A DNA stretch of 64,000 bases from Trichoplax adhaerens (lineage: Eukaryota > Animalia > Placozoa): contig NW_002060950.1 in the NCBI RefSeq assembly GCF_000150275.1, positions 980,106-1,044,105 of the forward strand. The letters are read 5' to 3'. Of the stretch, positions 51,834 through 63,610 are shown piece by piece; position 1 is the first letter of the stretch, and each line of letters begins with the position of its first letter. A program made the translations under genes and the position numbers. Below the pieces are notes generated by a model. That model ran no database searches, was not told the origin of the DNA, and was given only the letters and a program-made list of their open reading frames with translations.

Positions 51834-54717
51834 ATGTCTCTTTCCAGGCCCAGAAAAAGGTAACATTTGCCCATGTTGAACTGTATGATTTTGAAAAACT
51901 TGGATGGGATTTCTTCAGTTATTCCATTTCACTACAGTAGTTTACAGTACCATGAAACCAAGCGGACTGTACTGTATAGTTTGCTATTTGTACTGTAATA
52001 GGCAGTGATGTACAGTGTCGAGTGCAGCGACGGAAATAGGGCATGGCCGTTTTCCACACTCGCATCATGATCGAGTTCAAGTTGTAGTCGTTCTAATCCA
52101 CTTGCATACATATCATGTACGAGGGAATAGATTCAAGACAATCATTAGGAATCAAAGTATGGATATCGATCGATATGGCTAAGTCAATAATGTGAAAACA
52201 AGAGCAAACTCTCCACTAAGAGGATTGTAACTCACATCTGGACAGTGGACACTATGTCAATATGCTTGCATCATGATGATGAAGAAGAAGAAGCTTAGTC
52301 TGCCAATGTTATAGTCTCCTCCAAATCATCATTACTTTCCTAAGCATTGAATCTTCAATGGGTGCCAATCATAAAATGATGACTGGGTAATATTAGTTCG
52401 GCGATTACAGTACTGTGGATTTCATTTTACACTAAACAGCAATTGAAAAATGGACAGGATTCACTGCTTTCGCTGTCGTTGAACTAGAAACTGTACAATA
52501 CAACATACTGAAGTTAAATACTCGTATCTTTTGTCATCATGGAGTGCATGAGTTGAAATTGCTGTACTGTATATTGTTCATCAACCAAACTTGACAAGAT
52601 AGACAGTAGTAGGTACCCTTACGGGATCTCTTGATATTTTCATCTATTAAGGCCTCTGAATAGATCAAGTTTTACCACTACTATAGTCATATCATTCATC
52701 TCCTGCTTGATTGCATCATACTAATTAATCTTCTCTCGTAATTCGTATGTCCAATGAGGAAAGTAAATGCTCATTCCGTGACCTGTGTTTTAGCGTTGCA
52801 CATTAAACATACGCTTACTTTTAATAATTAATTATTTGATACTGTACTTACTGCACTACAGTACAGTATACCTATACAGCATACAACCTTTGCATACTGT
52901 ATCAAATCCGATGTTGCACAACGGAATGATAAAAAACAGTACCAACTGAAATCTTCAAGTTTTAGATACATACACTTGATCAGCAAACGATCCTATCAAT
53001 AGGATAGTAGTCGTCGCTAAAGCAAGCATAGCCTTTACTATACCACTAATCATCATGCTGTACAATGTACATAAATGGCCTACAATACTAAAGATCCGTC
53101 TGTTTACCAAATGATAGCCAAGTGTACGAAAATCGACAGTATGCTGATGTGCTTGTATCTACAGTACATTCATGACCGATCTACACTATAGTACAGCTTG
53201 AATATTATTAATGCACAACGGAGTAGTTATGCTGCATCAACACTAGGATAATGATCTACCGAAGATTGAGGTACTGCAATTTTTTGAATATGAACACAAC
53301 TGACAGTAGTTTAGGATTACGGTCAATTTTGCAAACATCGAGTCATGATGGAATTTGCTTAACGCTGAACACTGCTTGAATAGTATCTTGCTAACGTATA
53401 GTACAAATAAAAAGTAACCAATGCTGATTTGGCGTATTCGTGTGAATAATTTGCTTGTTATATCGTACGTCAACCTACACCTACATTTTACCATGAGCAA
53501 TATGGAGCAATAATTGGATGAAAAGCATCTAGCATCCATGATCATGTGTCATGGGTAGATATGTAATATCAGAGAGAGAATCGTATTCTGCTTAATCAAT
53601 ACCTATCATGCTCTTTTGCGTTATACTACTAGTGCTATGCTGTACGGTAGAAGGCCGTATACTGCAGCAGCCAATACAGTATAGTGGATGACTTAAACAA
53701 TTTCACTCATATTGGCTCCTTTTGATCAACTTTAGTGAGATTATAAAAAGAACGTGTTGGATATGCTTCGGAGACGAAGATGATGATTTAGAAGCTGAAT
53801 GGACTCATCCTTGCAATTGTAAAGGAACTTCTGCATGGGTCCATCAGGCTTGTTTGCAACGTTGGATTGACGAAAAACAAAATGGAGTTGCCGATTTTGC
53901 GGTTTCTTGCCCACAATGTGGTATTGAATACATCATCGCTTATCCACAAAGAGGATTTTTAATGAAATTACTTGATGCTGGTGAAAAAGTGACGGATGCT
54001 CTTTCACCTTACATTACCGTGACCATATTATTAGGCAGCCTCTATTGGTCTGCTGTATCTTACGGTGCTGTAACAATGGTCCAAGTTTTAGGACATAATG
54101 ACGGCTGGAATTTGATAGAAAAATCGGATCGACTGCCATTGGTAATTGGACTTCCTGCTATACCACTAATTTTAGTTTTGTATAAAACCGTTGCATGGGA
54201 AGACCGATGCTTGCGCTGGATTCGACAAACATCGCATAAATATAGTGTTGCAACACCGGAAGACCGACCACAACGAGTTCCAGCGGAACCTACTCATAGC
54301 ACAGATTTGTCATCGTTATCAAGGATAATATGTGGAGCATTAGCTTTACCAACTATTGCCGTCACCTGCGGTAACCTATTCTACGGAAATTATTCTCTCT
54401 CAAATTGGCAAAAAGCCTTAATGGTAAATGGAGTACAGTCGATGTAATATCATTCAATTTTCTTTTACTATACACTCAGCCACAATATTATAGCATATTC
54501 AAGTCATGATTTGATATACCGTACACTTAGTAGATAGAATAATTCCCTTTAATTCTTGCACTCAAACTGACTATAGCAATTGATAGATTGATTGATTTAT
54601 CTTTTACAGGGTGGTGCAACGTACGTCATTTTACGAGGTGCCGTCAAAATGTATTATAAACAGCAGCAGTATGTTCAGCAGGCTTGTCGAAAGATTTTAA
54701 ATTATCCAGTTGACTGA
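51834..54717 (+). CDS. MARCHF5: Mitochondrial E3 ubiquitin ligase MARCHF5 (MITOL); 3 exons
   Basis: Phase-consistent exons 51834-51859, 53736-54423, 54610-54717. RING-CH CWICF..WTHPCNCKGTSAWVHQACLQRWIDEKQ..CPQC; YWSAVSYGAVTMVQVLG; RIICGALALPTIA; C-terminus GAVKMYYKQQQYVQQACRKILNY. Confidence 0.96.
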
Positions 54718-57717
54718 TAGAGTACGCGTACACTCTAATAAGATGCATAAGGGAAAGGCAAAAAGTGTTTGGGTTATTTATTGGACATTTTGCTAAAATA
54801 TCAACATTTATCAAAATCGATACAAAGTAGTAAGATTCGGAAATTTTATTGGAGCGAGATATTTCCAACCAAAGGATATTTCTAAAGAGCATACCAACTA
54901 TTTTTGTATCACCTCTTTATCAAATTGATGATTCTGCGTAAGTAATTTAGATGATATTAAATTTTCTGTATCAATTAAAACGAATCTGCACCTAACTCTG
55001 AAATAAGATATACAGTATCTAAAATTGGAGCAGTCAATACATACTCGTATTATCACCAGCTTATGATTTTTGGATGTGTTACATGATGCTAGTTTCTATA
55101 CGGCGTCAGTGATGCTCTCATATATTTTATATATATATATTTCCATAGTTTGGAACTTACAGTAAATTTCTGTTTTGCAAACCTAACTAAAAGTAATTTT
55201 ACCACGTTCTTTCTAAATTGACTCACTTTACTTGCCTTGTCGCTGATTTGTTACTACAGAATAGTACAGCATAGTATATTGTAAGATATGCGACAATCAC
55301 TATGTGATAATAATTTTATTTAAATAATAGAATGATGCATTTCATTATTAATGTAAATTTGATTGATGAATGATCTTGCTATCTTGAAGAAATTAAAATT
55401 TCAATTATTGCATCGAATTGACAATATATCCTGAAAATTGAATATACGTATGTAAAGTGCACTTTGCTTTATATCAAATATGAACCGTACTAAATAAAAT
55501 TTGATACTTGTAGCTGTCGTTTATTATTTTTAAAGATTTTTTTCCATCAGCAATGATCTATTACAGCATTGTTCAATAGACTACTAACAGTTAAAAAGGA
55601 GTGCATTGATTTACGCCAGTACGAACGCGGGTTAAAATTTTTTAGCGGTTTAGTCACTATTATTAAAATGTCACAATAATGCTAATAAAATCGAAATCAC
55701 CTTGTTGTGTAGTGTACTACTTCATCAAAGGCTGCTGATTAATTGACTATGGTACCATTATTTCATAGGCTATAATTCATACGTATATAGATGTAAATTG
55801 TTATGATATGATTGCTACTCTACCCTCAATTTATGTACTGCACACACGCCATGTAAAGTTATGGAAATTGATTCAATATAGGCAAGCTATGTTGCTAGGA
55901 TAGGATTAACAATGTCTTTGCGATGTTATTGAAGTCAGGATAACTGTGGCATTATCTTACTATCAATACTATTACCAATAGCATGTAAGACTTGTTAAAT
56001 CTCCGACAATGAAATAACTATTGTATTGAATGTCCGAATATTTGCAATACTGCAAGTACCGTTAATTGCTCATTCGAACAATCCATTGGAGGATAAAAGT
56101 CAACAAATGCACTGACAGAATAGGCTTGATTAAAGTTAATAGCAATTAATAATCCTTTTTACGTGACTCCATCTTATTTTAATTAATAATTAATAGCCCT
56201 TGATGATATTACTCACTTCTACAGTATATTGATCAAGATAATTAATTCAATTGATTATCGCTATCATTTAGTTCGATTTGAACGACAATCTGTGAAATCT
56301 TACTCAATAAACCGTCCTAAAATTATTCGAGAAATCATGGCCAAATTAAAATAGTTGCTTTTATTTTTTAATGCAGATATTAGCGATCTTACGTCAATTG
56401 CTTTGAAAGATCAGTCATCAATCTATGCATGATCGAATAAATAGTGAAATTAGAAGTGAATTGTATAAAAATGTTAAGTCACCTTTAATAACAAATATTA
56501 GTTATCTACTTTAATGTTCTGCATTACGCATAATTATATCCGCAGCGTAGCAACTCCCTTTTCAATGAACGTTTACTATATCGTTTACAGAAAAAAAATT
56601 CAGGAATATTGAAAATAATTACAATGTACGAATTTTATTCACATCAATTCAATCTTTATCACGTTTGCACCAGGTTTCCACACTTTAAGTGACATCATTA
56701 CAGAATAATTTTGACATACTGAATAAATAAAATGCCTTTCATTGGATCTTTTGATGATAAATATGATAACGATATTGTACTTACTTAATACCATGTCAAT
56801 TTTTTTCGTAGCAGTGAAAAAATGGTACATAAATGGGACAAAACAGCAGAATCTATTCGTATAATAGAATATTCTCTATGAAAGAGAATGCAATCTACAA
56901 AATAAGTAGCCTATTTTAGTTTATAAGACGTACTTACAATCTTCTGAGGTATTTTTAACACCGAACTATTTAAATATATAGGTAAGATTGTCAACTTTAA
57001 CATATGGTAGATAGAGAATTGAAGTTTTAAGATTTGACAACATAACAAATAGCCCTTCTAACTTATATTCCGCATCAATTTTCATTCATGAGCATCTTAG
57101 AATGCCTATTATAGTATATTATCACTGCAATCTCAAACATTAGGGATAGAGAGCTATGCTTTCACATTAATTTCATTATTATTATGCATGGTGCCTTATT
57201 ATTGATTAAATATTTTGATAAAAAAAACCTTCAGGACCTACCATACTCTAGGTTATCGACTGAAAATAGTCAAGTTAATCTTCCAAAAGGAATGGTATTT
57301 GGAGGGCAACTTAGGGTACTATGTGCCTTGGTTGCTATTGGTAGAGTATTCTTCTAATGCATTGATTGGGTCTTTGACCGTCTTACGCTGATCATACTCA
57401 TATCGTATTGACATTGCAATTGAATTCCATCATTACAGCTGCTGCTTACCTTTACTTTAATAGTACTGTATGCAATTCATTATGAATTCGATGAATACAG
57501 TAGTTAGTTTAGTTTGCCAACTGATGTATACAGTAGTATTGACAATATCTGTGCTACATCGCTTTGTAAAAGACGGTATCGTGTGATGCTTGGATTTGTC
57601 ACTCAATTATAGATCATTAAAGTGCCAATTGTTTATTTGGTTGATTGCATATAGGATAAGCCATTGCAGAAAGCAATATACCAGACAATTTTAGTACAGT
57701 TCATGTCATTTAAAGTT

Positions 57718-58224
57718 TTACGCATTGTGCACTAAATTGTTGAATAAATGGCCGTCTTGAATAGGAATACACTGCAGGCAATAATTGCGGTTGTGATTGT
57801 TGTCCCAAAATTCTTGTCCAGCACAACGGAAGGCAATAGCAAATTGTACTTGACGAATTTCTTCTTCATCAGGAACATTGAATTCAAAAGCAAAAGTATC
57901 CGCATAGCCCCGATTTGAATCCTTTAAGTGATAAGCAGGTAAATCTTGATAGGTACGCCAATCGTTCAATGTATACCGAATCAAAACTACTTTTTCATAA
58001 GCAAGATTTTTCACTTTGACCGTAGCGAAGCATTTCAAGCGATCAATAACCACATTTTCTAGCTTAACACAATTTTGGCGTAATTGATCCCAGAAATCGC
58101 GCAAATAGATGGGAGTAATAAATGTTGCCTTGAGTTGTTTATGTGAGCTTCCATCAGGCGATAGATTAAAATTGTAACCACCAGTCGGTGTCCGAGGGTT
58201 ATTTCTATCGTTGGGTGATTGCAT
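57718..58224 (-). CDS. CBM21-only PPP1R3-like protein, copy C (no N-terminal RVxF)
   Basis: 168-aa ORF with intact CBM21 (VKLEN..TVKVKNLAYEKVVLIRYTLNDW..DTFAF..FAIAF..WDNNHNRNY). An in-frame TAA lies 5 codons upstream of the ATG with no AG acceptor between them. Confidence 0.85.
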   Translation of the reverse strand: MQSPNDRNNPRTPTGGYNFNLSPDGSSHKQLKATFITPIYLRDFWDQLRQNCVKLENVVIDRLKCFATVKVKNLAYEKVVLIRYTLNDWRTYQDLPAYHLKDSNRGYADTFAFEFNVPDEEEIRQVQFAIAFRCAGQEFWDNNHNRNYCLQCIPIQDGHLFNNLVHNA

Positions 58225-58558
58225 GTATGGAGACGATTACAACATCGGCCAGTTCACCTTGTACACCAAGTCACCGACACAAGATAGGAAAAACACATAC
58301 AGAACAGCGTTAGTCAATTGATGCCAAAGGCAATTAGCTTACCACTGATGCTAACCTCATCCAAATTGGCCTAGATGATTGCACTTTCAACTAATTTTGC
58401 ATACGCTGTGTTGAGCAATTTCAAGCCAAATCAATGCACCACAAGTCCACAATGGACCAACCTGGTTCTCTTCTTGTACTTGATTTTCCCCTTTCAGTAC
58501 TTATAACGGATCTGGTACAGTCCGGATCGTAACGGAACGTACTGTTACACTCTATCGG

Positions 58559-58566
58559 TGACGTCA
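58559..58566. promoter_or_regulatory. CRE palindrome upstream of the CBM21-only gene
   Basis: TGACGTCA ~335 bp upstream of ATG 58224, in a locally GC-richer segment next to an ACAGT tract. Confidence 0.45.
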
Positions 58567-59480
58567 AGCGCATCAGGAATCCTCTGGTCAGATGGTTCTG
58601 GAATCAACCGGAAGATGACGGCGCACGTCTAGTGCAGTACAGTACATAGTACTGTGCACTGTAGAAAGCATCTCGGAACTTCTTTCTTTACCAAGTCAAT
58701 TGAGTACAGACAGTAGAACACGCTTTTGCCCCTCCAGATTCATCCCCAGTGTAAAGACCTGCTATCAGAGGGCCTATCGAGGATATCGAGTGATATACAT
58801 TTCATTGAAAATCGACAAAAATTTCAATTTTGGGTTTTTAAAATTTATCGGGAAAAAGTTCTGGGACAACTTGTACTTTATTAGAGTATCACTGAGGGTG
58901 TCTCATAAAAAATCGACGACGATTGAAGTGATATGAAAACACAATTTCAACACCAAATTAGACAAATTTGGTATCAGTCTATTGCAAAGAAGACGCTTTA
59001 TGTAAATATCTAATTTAAATGTACATAAATTGATAAGATGAGCTGAAATTCTGCACACGGATGATTTTACTGTACTGTAGTTCTTTATTATTGAGCTGAA
59101 CTCCAATCCTTACCATCTATTCAAATAATTTGTTCGGATTTTGCACCTGATGCGCATTGGCAAAAGATCGATTTTGATGATACTGTGCAGTGTACAGTAC
59201 AGTACAGGCACTTATACTGTACAGTACAGTATATTATGCAGTACTGGATTTAATCAATCAATGATAAATGATATGGGTAAACCCCAGCACAAAGTGCAGG
59301 TGCAATCTAGTAATTATTATTATTAATTTTGAACTCCAAGAACATGCAATATGCTAAACAAGTGTACAATACAGCGTCCAGTACTGTACTGTACATTTGT
59401 AATTTACTCTTCCTTTTCCAACAAATAATAGGAATTCGTTACTTCATCGACACAATCAATATAGCAGAAGATAGTCAATA

Positions 59481-60185
59481 AGTTCAAGTATCTGCATTGC
59501 AAGGTGCTTTTCATTTTACTCGAGCACTTACTGTACTGTATGGGCTCGCTTCTTAGGTACAGTAAAGTACAGTACAGTACTGTGCTGGACTGTGAATCGA
59601 CTGCAAAAGACGCATCAAGAAAATACTGTAAATGGCGCCTTTCTGGGGTAATAACGGTCCTACTTTGACCAGCTAGAACTTATTTCACAGCTAATTTTAG
59701 CTTCGTATATGAGTTCATGTATCTGCAATGCAAGGTGCTTTTAATTTTACTCGAGCACTTACTGCACTGCACTGTAACCCTAACTGGCTCGCTTCTTACA
59801 TACAGTACTATAGTACAGTACAGTACAGTACTTGGAATCGACTGTAAAAGACGCATCAAGAAAATACTGTAAATGGCGCCTTTCTGGGGTAATAACGGTC
59901 CTACTTTGACCAGCTAGAACTTATTTCACAGCTAATTTTAGCTTCGTATATGAGTTCATGTATCTGCAATGCAAGGTGCTTTTAATTTTACTCGAGCACT
60001 TACTGCACTGCACTGTAACCCTAACTGGCTCGCTTCTTACATACAGTACTATAGTACAGTACAGTACAGTACTTGGAATCGACTGTAAAAGACGCATCAA
60101 GAAAATACTGTAAATGGCGCCTTTCTGGGGTAATAACGGTCCTACTTTGACCAGCTAGAACTTATTTCACAGCCAATTTTAGCTT
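59481..60185. repeat. ~231-241-bp tandem repeat, 3 copies
   Basis: AGTTCA.GTATCTGCA.TGCAAGGTGC recurs at 59481, 59712 and 59953. Copies 2 and 3 are nearly identical. Confidence 0.95.
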
Positions 60186-60490
60186 AGAATTGAGAATTTG
60201 AGACCTTTATCTACCATCTGAGATGCAATTTGGCAATAGATATTTTATACTTTGAGTTCATTTTTATCTCCAAAGGAGTAAAATACAAATAGATCATGAT
60301 CAGTGTGACCGGTGAAATTCTCGATTTTTGAGTACAGTACTCAGCACTGTAGGAAATCAACCTATAGGATGTATCGCTTAACCTTGCTGGCTGCCCACTT
60401 GCTTCTCTATTTCACTGCTACTGCTACTACAAATTATTATTTGAATTTGTGAAGGGTGAAATAGAATTGACTTGCTCAACGATTCCAATC

Positions 60491-60988
60491 ATGCCTTTAA
60501 CTGCTGATGAAATCATACAAACGCTACAGCTAATACCTCATCAACAAGGGTCGTTCTTCAAGGAAACTTTTCGAGACGACGGCGTCATTGATACTCAAAA
60601 AGAAGGATGTCAGAGGAGTATTTCCTCATGCGTTTACATTTTGCACACCAAGGAACGGCCTATGACTCGATTTTTAAGATTACATACTAATGCAATCCAT
60701 TTCTTTCACTGCGGATCACCACTTTGTATTCTTTGCATCGATGAAAATGGCAAAATGGAAAAACACGTACTTGGAAATGATATCGCTCGTGGCCAGAGGC
60801 CGCAAGTATTGGTGAAAGCTGGATACTGGAAGGCCATGTATTTAGAAGAAGGGGACTACGATTATAGTTTCATTAGTGAAACGGTCGCGCCTGGCTTTGA
60901 TATGAGGGATATGGATTCTGGAACAGCCGATGTCATTCAAAGTCAATTTCCTCATCTGTGGGAAGATATAAAACAGTATTGCTTATAA
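60491..60988 (+). CDS. Cupin_5 / DUF985 family protein (yeast Cff1/YML079w-like), intronless
   Basis: LQLIPHQQGSFFKETFR, SSCVYIL, IHFFHCGSPL, LGNDIARGQRPQVLVKAGYWKA and FISETVAPGFD follow the DUF985 motif order. Confidence 0.85.
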   Translation: MPLTADEIIQTLQLIPHQQGSFFKETFRDDGVIDTQKEGCQRSISSCVYILHTKERPMTRFLRLHTNAIHFFHCGSPLCILCIDENGKMEKHVLGNDIARGQRPQVLVKAGYWKAMYLEEGDYDYSFISETVAPGFDMRDMDSGTADVIQSQFPHLWEDIKQYCL

Positions 60989-61149
60989 GATGTCGGTAGA
61001 AGAAGAAGAAATACTACAAGTGGCATCAAAATAAATTTATAATTTACACTAATATTTTATTGTACTGTGCACTCTACTGTATAGTGTACATTGCAATATT
61101 ATTGCCTACTGATCTACTTAATCAGGTACACTAATATCAATCATGATGA

Positions 61150-61750
61150 TAATGCTACACAACGGTAAGAATAACGCAATGCAACTAGAACCGTATCTGA
61201 CGGACTTAGAGTAGTACAGTTCTCTTCTCTGAAACAGCTCTCTCTCGCGTCTCAGTCTATAAGTAGAAAGACATATTATTACATACATTTGATGCACCTT
61301 ATACTTTTGCTCTTTCTCATTATGGTGAAACTTCAACTATTAATTATCGATCGCTGTTGTGCAATAAAGTGAATTATTCTAATGTTTCAGCCATGTTTGT
61401 ACTAACGGTGATATACAGTATATGTACTGGAGTTTCTTTTTTATTTGTACGCGCACATGGAAACTGTATGTATGTTGTCTAGCCTCGAAACCACGAATCA
61501 AGGTTATTGTCGACAGTAAATCCCAATTTATTTCATTAAGAACTGCTTTCAGCCTTTCTACTACAAAGTGATACAAGAAAGAGCCGTAGGATTTAATTAA
61601 GAAGAGTTCTGTAGTAACGTGGATCAGAGGGGAGGAGGCTGTTACAGAACTTACAGTCTTGCACTGTTACTTTACAGTAGCACCTTCTTGGTGTTTCGTT
61701 CTGGTACAATTTTACCATAGATTGAGAACTGCATTTTGGATATCCAATTA
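61150..61750 (+). pseudogene. Possible decayed tyrosine kinase fragment
   Basis: IMVKLQ (61319-61336), VCTNGDIQY/VLEF (61395-61435), HGN (61456-61464), ELLSAFLLQ (61540-61566) and xFG (~61732) occur in kinase order, frameshifted. Confidence 0.38.
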
Positions 61751-62089
61751 ACTATGATTCGTCATCAGTAACTAGTTTTATTCTTGTCTGTTGGAATGAC
61801 TAAGAAACTGGCCTCATTAAAATTTAATTACATAAAATATATATCTTTACCGGAAATTTTAACTTTCTAATTATGCAATCAGTTTTCTAGCTCGCGTATA
61901 TGCAGGCAGTTGATAAATTCATTCTCTCAGCACCATCACTGTATAAGTACGTAAATTAATTAATTATAGTTGTAATCTTTGATAATAATCACTGGCATGG
62001 CCACTGTGATGTATTTCTACTTTCCTAATGACAATGAATCACATACAGCACAATATACACTATAAATGTTCTACTGAATCACTCCAGTG

Positions 62090-62510
62090 CATATTAAATG
62101 AAAATTATATAAACCATCCATCGCTATAAGCTATTCCAATTTTTACTACAAAATGCCGTAAGCCCCTGCCTCTCCGGTTTTCATTTTAGATATTAAATGA
62201 ATATTATATAAAACTATCCATCGCTATAAGTTATTCCAATTTTTACTACAAAATGCCGTAAACCTCTGCCTCTCCGGTTTTCATTTTAGATACAGCACTT
62301 GCATAACAGGAATTGTTTATTAGTACGTGTAGTTAAATCATTCAAAAATGTTTGTCAGATAGCCAAAATAATAATACAAAATAAATATGCCTCTCTGGTT
62401 TTCATGTTAGATACAGCACTTAAATAACACGAATTGTTTATTATACGTGTAGTTAAATCATTCAAATATATTTGTCAGATAGCCAAAAATAATAGTACAA
62501 AATAAAATAC
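62090..62510. repeat. Two overlapping tandem duplications (~100 and ~120 bp)
   Basis: ATATTAAATGAA.ATTATATAAA..ATCCATCGCTATAAG occurs twice, and TAGATACAGCACTT...GTAGTTAAATCATTCAAA occurs twice. Confidence 0.88.
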
Positions 62511-63084
62511 ATAATTTAAATAGTACGCAGTTATCTTTACCGACCAATATCGACAATAAATTTTATTGAACGAATGATGAAATAAATACTTTACCATTGA
62601 ACTTTCCGTATTTAGTAGAGATTATCTTAATAGTGATTCACTACCAATAAGAACACATTACCATCAGCGCTGATCTTAAATGGCTAACTAGCTATATTTA
62701 GCAAACTGCTTACGATCAATTGAGGTTCAATACTATCTGCACATAAGTTAAAGTTAACTACTGATAATTTCAATTTTAAATTATAGATACAATAAAATTA
62801 ACGTTACGGCAATCAAGTAGCAAAAGTGTCCAAATGCGGGATAGCTTTACTGTATGTACAAGGCACTTTGATAGCCATCAAAACTTCATCGTAGCTGGAA
62901 GTTCTCAAGATTATAATATTTTTGCTTAATTTAAGAATAAATTTCACAGCAGCTGCTCTCTATGAGTACATCAATCAATATTGTGTTAAAAACACGTAGC
63001 CAGATTCACTGCATGGTTACATGAAAAATACAAAATACTACAAAATATTAATGCCAAGTGTTACACTAATTTCATAGTCTCCTA

Positions 63085-63610
63085 TTAGCTATAGTTAGCT
63101 AAGATTTCATTTGGTTTAACTTGACATCCGTCTCGTATTAACTGGCATAATATTTTGGCAATATTTTTTGCGTCGTCTATTCCACTATGCAAACGTCCAT
63201 CATGCGGGATTTTTAATGCTCCTAACATATCTTGCAAAGTTGGAAACCGCTGCCCTGATAATTTATAGAAAGCCTTGAAGGTTCGCTTTAAATTTGTCCA
63301 ATTTGAAGCCCAATAAGGCATAGGAATTTTATCAACTTTACATTGTATCGTCAAGAATCGAGTTATATCAAAGGGGCTAGAAAATAATTATAAATACCAG
63401 TACTTTCAATTGAAAACGCTTACGCATTTATTTCCAGCAGCAAGAAAATGTTGAAATAATGCTGAAAATCGTCATTGTAAAAAATTATTAATAAATAAAG
63501 TCCTACCCGTCGGTTACAACCACGAAGGTACTTTCTCCTAAGACATCTTCCAACCATTTTTGAAAATTTTGGAAGACAACTTTAAAGGCATCTGCAGAGT
63601 CGATTGTTTT
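63085..63610 (-). CDS. ERI1: 3'-5' exoribonuclease ERI1 (DEDDh), last two exons; 5' part lies beyond the window
   Basis: Exon 63507-63610 (KTIDSADAFKVVFQNFQKW..VVVTDG) and exon 63085-63376 (PFDITRFLTIQC..WTNLKRTFKAFY..DGRLHSGIDDAKNIAKI..DGCQVKPNE). Confidence 0.85.

Noticed and set aside
57290-57392. PWLLLVEYSSN..GSL kinase-hinge-like string
   Set aside because: Isolated motif without collinear support.
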